A stretch of 64,000 nucleotides of DNA from Tubulanus polymorphus (lineage: Eukaryota > Animalia > Nemertea). A model generated the notes under the pieces. That model worked only from the letters and a program-made list of their open reading frames with translations, had not been told where the DNA came from and made no database searches. This document shows, one piece after another, positions 45,705 through 59,490 of this stretch (positions are counted from its first letter, which is position 1; every line of letters starts with the position of its first letter). The translations under genes were made by a program, and so were the position numbers. The stretch spans positions 15,376,110 to 15,440,109 of the forward strand of contig NC_134030.1 of NCBI RefSeq assembly GCF_964204645.1, in the 5' to 3' direction.

Positions 45705-46129
45705 TTTAAAATTACCGGGAAAATATGCCACGTGAAATGCGAATACACGATGGAGAGCTTGTTTGTTATGAACCACGCTTGCACTTCCGAATCAAATGAC
45801 GTCACTCGCAATAGGCTGCGTGGCGCCGCCTATCGGAACTCTGTAGAACTTACGTCATGTAAACATACGATTGAAAGCGACGGAAATATGAACACAAAAA
45901 TTAGAAAATATGTCGCATGCAGTGACATCTGAGAGATTTTAATGTTGCTATTATATATTTTAAACCTATATATTGACAATGAATGCACACAAAAATAACG
46001 TGCTAATGACCTTTAAGGACTCCTATACCATGTCAGATGTGGTGATTTCAGTTATACATGTACAGAGACTATGATAATCACAATCCCCTATATTGAAGCT
46101 TAGATTTCAATAAAGCAAGCTGCTGTACG

Positions 46130-47730
46130 TCAAGCGAAATACCTATCTTCAGTAGGGCATTCCAAAAGTACGGGTGTCTCTTCAGAAGGCAGTGCTTTGA
46201 AATGCAATAATAACGGGTGGCCATCTTGTTATAAGTTGGTACCATTGCTGTCGTACCGTCATCACGTTTTTCAGGTCTGTAATAACGCTCTTGATGTGAA
46301 ATGACAATGTTTGTAGGTGAGATAGCTTTTAGTGGAACCGAACATTTGCAACTTCGCAGACAGGATTTTTTTTCTTGATTTCCTTGTTCAACACTAAATG
46401 AAATGGTTCCTCATTATGCCAAATTTCCCTAAATAAAAATGGGCGTTGCACATTAAGGTCAACACTGCTGTTTGTACCACAAACTTCACTTGGTGCCTCA
46501 GTCACCATAATGGGTTGTGCAGAAACATTATTCTTTCCTCGTCTTCGTTTAGATCCCTTTTCTCCGACATAATTTGATTTTGGTTCAGTTGCATTTCTGT
46601 TTTGTATGTATAATTCGTTAATACGTACTGGAGCTCACCCCGAGATTCACTGGAGACTAGTACATGACAGCACAGTTTTATTTTGACGTACTCGCGACAG
46701 CTGCAAGTATAACTTTTGCCATGCTTGACGATGAAGGTTTTTCCGTTTTCAGGGACGATGGACACATCTTTATGTAATTTTTTTTCACTGCCAAGAATGA
46801 ACTCAGCACGATCCCAAATGGATCGAATGACATGAACAGCGACAACTTAGCTGGTCTACTTCTGATGGTTGAATAGACAATTTTTTTCTATTGTTTGCGT
46901 TATCACTCGGTAATTCAAATTTCATGTCCAATACTTTTTTTATATACCGCTGACGCTGGTGGCATGTCACCTGTTGCCACTTTGCTTCCGAGACTGCAAG
47001 ATGTTGGAAATCTGGAGAAAGTCTGTATTCACCTTGGCAATATAAGGTCTTCACCAACTCCTGCCTTTGAGGTTTCACAATGTTTTCATAAACATAGTCA
47101 AATAACATGCTTAGTTCTACTTTTGTCTTCCGACCGCCGACTTCAGAACATTATTGATGGCTTCAGCACGCTGATTACAAAACTTTGATGGAGGGTCACC
47201 TAATCCTGCGGCTATTCTTGCATCTTTGCCCATGTTCAAAAGTAATGTATCTTTCAGAGATCGAACCCGGAGATTTGTACTATTCATGTATTCTACAAAC
47301 TTATCTGGCCAAGTTGATGCCAATTTCTTAAACTCGCTTTCGAATTCCTGTTTATTACAATCAACCAGGCCTCCAACTCTCCGATCAGACTTTTCATCGC
47401 CCAATATTGATTTTATTATTTTTGACGCTTTGATGTCATCAATACCTAGTTTTTTTAATTCCGCAGCAAGATCTGAATGGACATAAACAAAGCACCGTAA
47501 TTTAATGCTTGTGCTGTTTCCGCTTATCGGGAACACTGACCCCATACCAGCTCTCCATCAGTCCCATAAATAAGGCTTTGTACTGCAGCAAAATGCTTAA
47601 GCTGGCTGGCCAAGTATGTGTAATCTTCTGTGGCCTTCGTAGTGCTGGTCATGCATGCTGCAAACGTGGTTGGATGAACTTCTGGCCGGTCCTTCTGGAC
47701 AAACATAGGGTGTCCATAACTGCACACCGT
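46130..47730 (-). pseudogene. Mutator-like (MULE) transposase fragment with SWIM finger
   Basis: YGTDGE...FP...LRCF..H, NQRAEAIN, YTCSC.EY....LCCHVL; many frameshifts. Confidence 0.65.
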
Positions 47731-47731
47731 A

Positions 47732-48595
47732 GTATATTATTATTATTATGTTTTATTTCAGACATATGTCCATATAACAAATTTTTTTACAAAAATATTA
47801 TAATGATAAATATACAAAATACATAGCACTGTTTTAAGGACACGACTTTATTATGTGTACAGTATCCTGTCCCATGTTTTAAATAGTGATGAAAAGTAGA
47901 ATGAAATTGAGCTAGAGATCGATCGAACAAGAGTGTTTGGATGAGACAGAATACCGGATTTAAAAGAGTAGACTATTTTGCGGTAAATCTCGCCGAAGCT
48001 TTTCACATGATTATTGAAAAACATTGCGGAAGCACTACACCCCGGTTCAAAATGATGCAGGCGCCTGAACGCATTATTGAAACACACACGTAAGCGGTTG
48101 TAAGTTTGTTTAGAAAAATTTGACCAAATAGGCATACTATAAAAAGACGTACAATAGCTAGAAAACAGTTTATTTTTCACAACATTGCTGCAGGAAGAAA
48201 ATTTACGGATAATAGAATTTGCACGGATGCAGAGCAATTTGGTTTGATAATTCATGTCTGCATCATCAGATAAAGCAAATGAAATGTAATATCCTAGATA
48301 TTTTAAAATCATTTACATATTTTATGAGGCAATTATTCATATACACTGGCGGCACAACATTGCCATAGAAAACGAAGCCAGATGGCTTAAAAACTATACA
48401 CTGAGTTTTATCTATATTAAATGTTATGTCATGCTGGCTTGCATAGTTATTACAAATATTGATTAGAGTTTGTAGACCCTTTGCAGACGGACAAAAAATG
48501 CAAATGTCGTCGGCATATATTAAATGATTTATTAGAGTACCATAGTTTATGCAGCCGATATTGAAAGAATTGAGTTTGACACTAAGGTCATTTGA
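47732..48595 (-). mobile_element. 5'-truncated non-LTR retrotransposon (RTEX-like)
   Basis: HLIYADDI, GLQTLINIC, FN..KT, KYLG, LFSSYCTSFY; AATAAA plus (TAA)n tail. Confidence 0.75.
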
Positions 48596-50172
48596 ATATT
48601 TAGATAATAATAAGAACGCAACTATCACAATCTTCGTGATGATAATGAGTTTATTTACATGTTCAAACGTTTCAATCGATTTCGACTCATCTCTTCGAGT
48701 CCTTTTCAAGAAATGACATGAAAAGATACAAACTATGTATAGTATACTGTTACTAATTACAGAGAATATCATGCAGGCGTGAAGTGGCCTAGTTTACAAA
48801 GTACAAATGGGTTATAAACATATCAAAATACGTTCAGTAAAAATGAGACACCATGTGTGGAAAGTTGTTTGTTAATACTTGGTTTTTTGGATTTTATATA
48901 TAATGCCTCTTTGATGGTGATTTCAAAGTCATTTTTTCCAGAATCAACGATTGAAAAGTTGTTTTTTAAAAATTTGATGCACAATTTATACATGATGTTA
49001 AATGTTCCTTAATTGCTGAAGGTGAAGTTCCATGCTCCTTTACCCTTTTGGCCAAATGTCGCATTGTTTTACCAATGTATGTGTTATTTGCATCACGCAA
49101 ACATTTAAATTTATAAATAACATTGGCCAACAAGGGTGAAGGAGTATGGGACTTAAGTGAAAAGTAGTTCCTAATTTTGAAAGAAGTAAAGACAATACGA
49201 ATATCCACGTTGAAATATTGTTTGAATAGACTCTTGAGTTTTCTGCTAAATATAATCGAAGGGAGGCCTATGTAAGGAACGAAAAAAAGTGTTTCGACCT
49301 TATCTTCCCTGACCATACTAGCGGGAGTAACATCACTACATTTGCTATTCAAAAATCTTCTAAGACACGAATTAAACAAATCTTGTGGGTAGCCATTTTT
49401 GTGGAAAACGTTTTTTAGGAAATCAATTTCTTGTGAAAAAACAAACCAACTACTGCTTATGGTATATGCTCTATGGAGCAGACATTGGATTAAACCAAAT
49501 TTCCATTTTTGAGGACACATAGCTGAAAAGTTTAGAATCAAGCTAGTGTAAGTTGATTTTCTAAATACATGAGAAGTGAAGGTACCATCATCCGTTGCTG
49601 GGAGCGAAATATACGTATCTAGAAATGGAAGTGTAGACGGCCCTATTTCTGAAGTAAATTTAAGATTAGGGTGTAGTGCATTTAGTTTCTCCAGGAAAGA
49701 TGCATGTATTGAATCACGTCTGAGTACACAGAAAATATCATCAACATAACGTAGGTATAACGATGGCGCGAAACTTTTCCCTGAACAATCATCTAGCAGC
49801 TTAGATTCAAAATAAGCCAAACAGAAATTAGCCATAGTGGGCCCTAGAGGGCTGCCCATTGTAACTCCATCTACCTGTCGAAAAATCTTTCGCGATACAT
49901 AAAGATTCCACTTGTTGCTATTTTCATAAGTTGTTTAAAGGTAGCCTTATCAAAATCTGGTTTAGTAGTCGATCCATAGATATGGTCTGCTATAATATTG
50001 ATAGTTTGTCCCAATGGTACATCAGTAAAAAGTGACACGATATCAAAGCTGATCAGTATATCAGTAGGTTTGAAATAGAATTGTTTCAATCGCTCCAAAA
50101 AACTGGAGGTACTGTCTAGCATGTAATTAGAAGGAATATGTGGTTTGATAATATTGTCAAGGTATTGATACA
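48596..50172 (-). mobile_element. Penelope-like element fragment (RT plus GIY-YIG)
   Basis: SFDIVSLFT, MGSPLGP, YLRYVDD, LPFLD, VIYKFKC....YIGKT.R.L..R..EH. Confidence 0.88.
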
Positions 50173-53109
50173 CCGGTCACAATCCTCTCTTTAATCGTTA
50201 TCTATTAAATACTTGAGTAAGGCCCTGGCGAGAGAACGTGTCCGTGCACAAATCCGAATGAATAAATTGAAATACCGGATGATAATATTGAAGATAATAT
50301 ATTTTATTTACCTTGAACAAAGAATGATTTTCCTAATCCCTATTGTATATGAATCCCTATCGTTCCGAAGCTTCTCCTGTCCTGCTGTCGACACTCGTCT
50401 TACTAAGGTACAGATTCTCCCGATTGACTGCTCTCTCAAGATGCGGGTCCTTTTTATAGAAAGAATCGGCATTCTTAAAATACCGACTCTCCCACTCGAC
50501 TTTTTGGCAAGGAGCAGCAACCTTACTGTCATGACTGTTTTGGTCATATAGAATTTGGCCTTAATGATTCGCTGATCTAAAATTATTTTCAAAACTGATT
50601 TGCTAAACTAACTTTTTCCTTCCAACCCTCCTGTCATGACGCGTTGTGATTTACTCACTCCTTGCTAGTCGTTGTTGAGAGAGCAGCTATTGTCTGTGAA
50701 TTACCAACGAGCGCATACAGACAACAGAAACTTCAGACAGCTAGTTTTAACATTTAACACAAATTAATTTTTCTAAAACATTAGCGATTATTAACAATTT
50801 GTTCTTTAACAACATCTAGATTACTCAAATTTAATATCTTTTCAAAACTTTGTTTTCTTTTCTAATTACAGTACAAATTCATTGTTTCTTTTTTAATTAT
50901 TATAATTAACTACGATTCGGAATACATTGTGATTGATTATCAATTCTTAAATTATTTGAAATACTTATACTAATTATTTTATCTACAATTTAACTAATTC
51001 TATTTTAATACAGGATAAGCAAAACAACCACATCTTCATAAACTTCCGGTTTTTCCTTTTACGGAAAATAGCCGGGAATATCATCAAGTATCAGCGTGAT
51101 CCCTTCACGAGCCTCATTATAAATACACTCCATTGTTACGACCCAACCAAATATGGTTCCAACTATTTAAAAGTTTTATATAAAGATTTTCTGAATGTTT
51201 GCCAGATCTCACAGCAGAAGAACCGAGAAAGAATTGTTGTTTATAGACTGATTTATGGTTTGCGTTGGTAGATGAAAGCATCAAACAAGAACTTTCGTAA
51301 TTCTTACTACTAGTACATTCTTGTCTGACGGCTTTAACGTAACCCCCACGCATACGGAAACAACATTAAGAACATTTCTAAATACTACGAACATTTTCAA
51401 ATACTACGAAAATCTATCTTTGGATCAACACTCCCTATCCAGTTTAAATTTCGTCCCGAAATTTTGAATTTAAACCAACTCGTGAATATCCCGCTGATAC
51501 CTCTAGAACAAATCCTGAAAAAGAACATTAGTAAACAATTCATTATAACGAGTAACTATTTCTTAGAGTTCGACACTACAACGCGTATTAAAGTTCATGA
51601 TATAGTTTATCATAAAACCGCATTTAAAGTTCTGGATACCCAATCGGAAAAAAGTTCATTCGAGACCGCTGTCCCCGCACACTAAACAGTCGAAAGTTAA
51701 GCACAAAACAGTTCACAGTTTGAGTTTTGAATTTACCGCGAAGTGACGCAACAGCTACCAGACACAACAAGGTACGTCATGGACGGACGAATGACGTCAT
51801 CCACCGCAGTTCCTCGCAGCGCGTACTGCTACGTTGATAGTACGGCAAAACGCATTTATGTTCAGCTGATACTTGCTCGCTATTCATAGACGCTATAGTA
51901 CTACGGTTACTATATCGGAGTCTTTTCTCCACAGTTAATATAGAAACGGAACAGTAATGTATTCGCATCTTACGGCTTGAGCGAACAACATTCCATCGAA
52001 TGTTGTATGTAACTACACGGGAGCCATCTTGAACACACTCGGCTTTACTCCGCTAAAATGTCTACGGAAATTATCACTTTTCTTCATATTTCGTATCGCG
52101 TTGGCCAGGTGTCTTTGTCCACCCTTCATCACTTAAGTTTGTGAGTATATAGCAAGTCTTCGAGAGTGACAAACACCACTACCAATGGCCAGAATCGCAT
52201 GACTAATCATGGAGCATGATTCCATCCCGTTGAAACGGCAACGCCCTAGATCGTTGTTGTAGGCTGTATATAGTTGTTCATTTTTCCTCGTTAATTGACG
52301 AATCGGTGAATTAATATCACCCATCTCGGCCAGAGCATACCAGTTGCTGGTTTTTCAAACTATCAGTTGCGACGAATAGAGTTTCAGGATACCTCCCAAC
52401 AAGTCCCCATCTCCATATGGTCACTATCAGGGGGGTACTCATCAACATCTATTGCGGTTGACAGAAGAAGGCATTCTTCCATCTTAGTGCTATCGTATCT
52501 TCGGCGGTCTCATTCCAACACATCCGATACGGGTATCCTACAATTAATATGGTAATAATACAGAGATTATTCAAACATATACGAATTAACAGTATTTATT
52601 CAAACAGTATTTGTTTCATTGTTATTATTAACAATAACTTCTTTTTTTTCGCAATAATAATTTATGACTTTTCTTTAAACTATCGATAATAAGTACCGGA
52701 TACTTTAATAGTCAGGCTAAAGCCGATGTCATGTCAATTACAATTATTAATATCAGCAATTGTCACGATTATCCTTATTTCCGTAACTCATGACCAGGCC
52801 ATGAGTTCACTAACGAACTAAGTATTATGATACTAAATTTTCATATTTCTTATGTAATGATATCTTAATCACTTACTACTATAAATCAAAACTTTCTGAT
52901 AATTCAACAGGACATACGCATCCTGATTCAACTATTAATTAGATTATACTTACGACTAATAATACAACTAATTCAATTTTGACACGGAGCGCACCCGGGC
53001 GCCCTCGTCATAATATTTGAATTTTAATTTCAATACAAATATGGATACAGTCTACTGGTATCAGCCAACATAGAATTCCTGGGAATTCCTACCGAATAAT
53101 CCGGAGGCA

Positions 53110-53520
53110 ATAAACACGTTCCCAAATGTTTTGATACTTTCTCAGTTTGTATCAAAAATATTGCCAATTTCTGGTCCTTGAGTCCTGAAAAATGATAAAT
53201 TTACAGCGCAAAATCGTACAAACGTGTCAATTATACTTCTAAACACTTTATTTGCGGACCAGTTTATGAATTGAGCGTGGGCCATAGAGCGCTATATCCG
53301 CCTGTGATCTCGACTTTCAATTTATTACGTAAGCTATTCGTGAACAAAATGCGGCCGGCGCACAATAGAAACTTCGCTCTATGTATTCTTTCATTACCGC
53401 CGACAAAGAGGACCGATATTTCGCAAATTGGATTCGGGAGGTTTAAACCTCCCAAGGTCAAATCACTAAAATTGTGACCTTCGTGGAAATTATCTAAAAA
53501 GCCGATGGTAATCAAATTTA
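53110..53520 (+). repeat. Diverged inverted copy of the 3' region of the env-Gypsy element (59100-59515)
   Basis: Shared CAAATGTTTTGATACTTTCTCAGTTTGTATCAAAAATATTGC and GGGAGGTTTAAACCTCCCAAGGTCAA. Confidence 0.85.
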
Positions 53521-56454
53521 GCAGAACCTTTTACCCAAACGTTCAATGGTTTGAAAATCTTTCAATGGCATTCCTAAGTATTTGATGAAAGTTGAGAAAT
53601 CATAAGATATTCATATAACCATGGACTCTAAAACCTAAATCATATAAGAGTCCCCGATATAAACAAAAAAACTTCGCATAACGAAGAAGCAAAAATTCGA
53701 ATCTGATTCATCTGTTTGGAATTGATTCTTATGAAATGGAAACAAATGCGTGAGCACTACTCATTCATTCAATTTACTTTGCGGCTTTACAACGGCTATT
53801 TCACTGGTTCTGCGTGATGAGATAATTCTGATTAAAGTTATTGTATTAATTTCTATATGTATATACGTAATGATACTCTTTCTGAATAAAGGATGCACGT
53901 TATTCGAATCCCCACCATTGTTCTCTACAATGTACGTTAATCAAACTCACGATAAAACCAGAGCCAAAACCATGGACTCAAAAACGAAGAATCCGTGGTC
54001 AAACATACAATTCTAATTTCCCCGTTAGTTCACTGATGCCGTCAGTTTCTATCGAATGCAAGGATTCTAGCCAATCAGAGAGGCGCATGTACACATCCAT
54101 TGGCATGTTAGTTATAGTACAACTTAGACAATAATCAAGGTTCGAGCCAATGTCAGTAACTAGAATATGTTCTTTCATCAAATACAAATAACTCAGCAGT
54201 AGTCAGTTAGTTGAGTTTGTTTGACTTGATTTGTATTTCATCAATCAATCTATTTCATTTTATTTTAAAGTACAAACTAAACGCTTGAATTGCTTATAAC
54301 ACGACCAGGTATGAATTAGAATAGATCGGCTTAATATTTCGAATGCAAATTTGGCGTTTAAGCAATCGGAAATTCGAAGTGCTTGAGAAATTTTTCAATA
54401 CGCACATTACTTCGAATAGCGATAAGTTCATTGACACATGTGACCATTGTTGTGTTACTTTCGATAGCGAGTCGAATAAGCTATGCGACAGCTAACGACA
54501 GCACAATCGCAATATCAACAGAAGTTCATTTTATCCTACATGATGAGGCTAAATTCAGTGAAATCGATCGTGTTCTGAAATATATATTTTCCTGGATACA
54601 TGTTGTTTATTGTAGCTATTCTATGCGGTTTTACATTAACCTGCTATAACATATTGACCGTTTTCAAGAACCCAAAAATTACAATTTTCTGGGTATCTGT
54701 TTTTTTTTCAAAAACAACCCAAACCCGAAATTGTGTACAGTTAGTACGCAGCGTATATACTGTCGGATTAGAGAATATTGAAAAAACTTAGAAAAAGTTC
54801 AGTGAAGGAAAATAAGCTCAGCAGTGACAAATTGTCATTTCATCCCCTGCACGTGATTAATTGATGTCCAAATATCTTCTACCGTGAAAACTCTGCATTT
54901 AGCGTCAAACGAATTTTTGTATACGTATCTCAGGATGCATGCTCTTCAAAAAGGTAGCCTATTAGGAAAAAACTTACCCGGTAAAATCCTAATTTGTCCT
55001 AAACGATATTCCAACTATTATTTTGTTAATTATTCAACTATCATCACTAACTGGGTAAGTTAGTTGAACTTACATAAAGATATTTCATTAGGGACACTTC
55101 AATTTCACACCATTCAATATCATAAGGGAACAAAATTCTTTGAAACTTGGTAGTTCTTAAGACTAGGTTTTGTTTCCGAAATTTACTAAATGTACCAATT
55201 CTAATAATTCACTCATTGAAGCTTCTATATATAAAAAGCGAAAGCTCGTGCGTCGGAATAAATAGTTAACCTTTAAACTACTACTCGTCTCTTCATTTAA
55301 ATTCAAATAATATAAGTCTTTATTGATTCTTTTTTGTTGAAATATGCATAACTTTATCTGGGCAAATTTCTATATTCTGTCAAGTCATGGACTCTAAAAC
55401 GATTTAGACATTAAAACGTTTTAGAGTCCATGGTCAAGGTATTTTGGCTATAACGAATATGACTAACTCCCTGGGGCAACGATGTGGGTGATGAAATGAT
55501 CTCTCCCATTGTAATCCCACCATTTAATTACTCATTGTATAACAACTCTCACAATTAAGCCTCGGACTCTTAAACGAATTATGAGTGCATGCTTTAGTAT
55601 AGGCTCTGATATAGAGCATATTGTCTTGATTTAGAACATGTATGCATAAACTCTAGGCTGCAAAGAAATACGTTTTCAGCGGCTCTAATCGAGTTAAATT
55701 TTTCGTGATAGATTAACACAGAAAGGCGACACCCAATCGCTGCTTATTGACATTAGGCACAAGTCACTGTTATGTTCATTAGTAAAACTAATATAGAATG
55801 AATAAGTGAGGAGGGGAAATGTATAAATTAAATTTATAAATGAATTTATAAGAATTTAGCATGCATCGGAGTGCACTTAAATTGGATTATTACAAAATAA
55901 CTCACTTCAAAATTTATGATATTGTTTCATTGATATTTATTACTTTAAAGCAATTCACTTTAAGAACTTTGGTCAACAATAAGTCTGACCTGCAAATCAA
56001 ATCATCGGGAGACAAAATACTGTTTCAAAAAATTATATTGCTAATACATGCCTAATCTTAACCTTTCGCCATAAACCTACTGGATTTAGAGCCTGGGGCA
56101 TTTTAGATGGTTGTAGGTAGAAATCCCCTAGGTAAAATCCTCACCTGACGATTTTTCAAGAACATTTGAAAGCACGATATTTATTCAAACATATTCCTCC
56201 ACAATACAACTGCAATATATTTGAACTGTGCATTGAACTATTTTGTTGAAATAAATCTTTAAATAAATTCATAGAATAAATGAAATTAATGAACTTTTTA
56301 TTCATACTACCTTTTCATATTTTTATTCATACTATCTTTTCATATTTTTATTCATACTATCTTTTAATTCGAAATAAATAACTCTTTTTTACTTGTGGTA
56401 TAGTATGCTTATGATATGGATTCGATTTACGTATCAATATGTTCATGTTGACAG

Positions 56455-56495
56455 GGGCCTGATGATGGCTAATAGCATTAGCCGAAACATTGCTC
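56455..56495 (+). ncRNA. Degenerate minimal hammerhead ribozyme motif (Penelope-type)
   Basis: GGGC-CTGATGA-T-GGCTAAT/agc/ATTAGCC-GAAAC-ATT-GCTC; stem III imperfect. Confidence 0.5.
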
Positions 56496-59490
56496 GTAGA
56501 ACATTTGATTTTTAGCTGAATTCATTGTGGGATTTGTCTCATTATTCACCATACACGGATATTGTGTATTTTCTTCTCATTTTCATGTTGGTTTTGAACA
56601 ACTTAAATTTTGCGATTCTAATACCTTATTAACTTTAGATGACAGTAATACCTTCAATTTACATTTAACATATGATCACTGCTGAAAGTGTAATAAGGAA
56701 TATATATTTACTCCAGTGACAATATTTTGATTCAAAGATTTAATTCAATCATCTAGTCTGAGTCTTTATGGTAAAACTTCTGGCTAACCAAGAGCTAACC
56801 GAATTCCGACAATAGAAGGTGGTCGCTTGAAAATTAGTTAATTTACGCAACAGGAATCTATCTTGATTTCAAGGGCACTTCAATTAATCGTTTCAATAGT
56901 GACCACTGTAAATTAGCCAGTAGTTTAAATGACCGAATTCAATCAACCGATTCGTATCCTAAGAATGAGAATTGTATCTAACCACAGTAGTTATTCCTCA
57001 TCAAACGTTCGGTCATCATATTATACATCTATACATCATTACTATCATCTTCAGTTAATAGAAGTGCAATAAAATCTAGAATCTATGAGTTGAGATTTTT
57101 TAAACATAATAAATTGTGTTGATTTTATGTTAGTTAAATCAAATATTGGGAATATTTTACCGGGGGATTTTCACTTTGGGGATAATAACCTAAATTATTT
57201 TATATCATCGGTTTTCATTAAGAAAAAAAAAACAACTATTAATCTTAACTACACTTATTTTATTCCTTTTGGAACATTAAGATTCTTTCATTGAATTTAA
57301 TATGTTATTTCGTACAATAGTTCATCACAGTGCGTCATTCACGCTTAAATGTACAAAACTTCTTTACAGAGTTCAAAATATAAACCAGCAATCTCATCTC
57401 AAGCATGTACTAGCGCTGACGCTATGGGATAAAACCAAGTCTCGATTCATTGCCTAAAATGTGGGTACATTCATTCAAATCAGGACTAAAATACGCTTAT
57501 ATGAATATCTTGCATGATATCATTTTACATTACGGGTGTCTCATAGGCCTGGTTTTACTTGTACATTGTCATCAATTAATTAAACATCCCAAGTAACTTC
57601 GTTATTTACTTATGGCTTAATCACTGGTATTCAATAGCTAGTCGGCTATAGAAAGACTAACCCGATAAAATTCCATTAACCGTTCGTCCAGGGTCGAACA
57701 CTCGCGGGTTAATTCGCAACGATTTTAAAGAAAGAAAATGATTGCATGAAATCTAGTTTTCGTATCAATCGGCGTCCAATCTCTTAAACCATCCTAAACA
57801 CAGTAGTTTAGTAGTTTGTGTCTATTTACTTTTGCTGATGTCATTTAACATAACAATGGAAATGTATTCGTTTATTTGGAAATTATATGAAGATATGGAG
57901 TAATCATGTGACAAATCAAATCATTACTGCAAGGCAAAACATAGCGCACTTCAGATATATGATATGGCCTTAAAGACTTTTCATATATTAACAGTCCAGT
58001 TTAACGTCTATTGATATGAATAGTTCAGTTTTGATATGACTGTCGCAACAGTTGGAATAAAACGTATGAAATCTAGGAGCATTTATCTCATGAAATTTAG
58101 ATTTGAGATAATTGTATTGTATTGTATGAGGATTAAACATTTCAATGGCTGGTGATTATTTGTGATGAAATAATCAGTGAGATGGACTGTTGATGTAGCC
58201 CTGATTGAGGCACTCGGGTCAAATAATATTTTTAGATACAACAGTGCATTTGTTAAAGCAGAACACATGATTTTAAACTAAATATAAGTAGCTAAACCGT
58301 TAATTTTCATTCCTAACTTTTTCATCACTCCCGATTATCAAAAATAATTCAACAGTTTGATTAACGGATAGTTGCAGTTAACAACATTTCTATCTGATAG
58401 AGAAGGTATACAGGTATACAGAGGAACAAGAAAAGAACATCCAACTAGACACTGAAAAATCTTTATTCGGGTTTTTTACCAGGGGCCTTTACCTTGGGGT
58501 ATATTTAACTAGGGGATTTTTACTGAAAGGGACCTTTACGGGGCGAGTTTTTACCCGATCACATCGATTATTGAATGACATGTTCGATAAAATCATGACA
58601 AAAACTGGTATCACTGGTACAATTTGCTAATTTTCGCTATTCGGGTGGTTCTGTAGATTATTGGCTATACCGTTGGTAACTGAATAGCTATTTGTATTAC
58701 TGATCGGACTGTGATGTGAAAATATAGCTTTGACAAAACCACAACGAGAAATGAATCAAATGCAATATTTGACTCGAAAACGAGCTTAACCATGGATTCA
58801 GTAACGTTTTTTTACAGTCCATGGCTGAAATGACGCTATTGAAAAAATCAATGAGAAATACTGCCTCCGATTTTTATGACGAAAATATAGGAATGAATTC
58901 CGAACAGAATCAAATCAGGTTGTTCTTATTGGTATTGTGTATACATTTCATTTATTAGATATTTCAAGTAATTCGTGTAATTAGGAAAAACTCGATCCAA
59001 TAATGGGTTTTTCTTTCGGTTTTAAGTAATTTACAACTTACCAAATATGGACTTCATGGTTTGACATTAAAACCAGTGAGCATTATGGTATCAAGTTCAA
59101 CCAAAATTGATTACGATCGGCCTTTCGTAGAATCTCCCTGAAGGTCACAATTTTAGTAAATTGACCTTGGGAGGTTTAAACCTCCCGAATCCAATTAGCA
59201 AAAAATCGGTCCTCTATGTCGGCGACAATAAAAGTACCCTGCGCGTAACTTTCTATTGTGCGCCTGCCGCGTTTTGGGCACGAGTAGCTTACGTAATCTT
59301 AATTGAAAGTTGAGATCACAGGCAGATATTGAGGTCTATGGCCCACACAAAACATCATAAATTGGTCAGGAAATAAAGTGTTTTGTGGTATAGATGACAC
59401 GTTTGTACGATTTTACACTGTAAATTTATCATTTTTCAGGACTTTCAGGACCTAAAATCAGCAATATTTTTGATACAAACTGAGAAAGTA

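Larger units (their letters stand above)
31859..46012 (+). mobile_element. Kolobok DNA transposon (about 4.8 kb without the nested LTR element)
   Basis: TTAA on both flanks (31855-31858, 46013-46016), TIR AGGTCATT(G/A)GCAC, THAP + DDE transposase and convergent KolX gene. Confidence 0.88.

Noticed and set aside
50200-59000. Host protein-coding exons among the short ORFs
   Set aside because: No recognisable domains or consistent exon chain; cannot be supported without transcripts.
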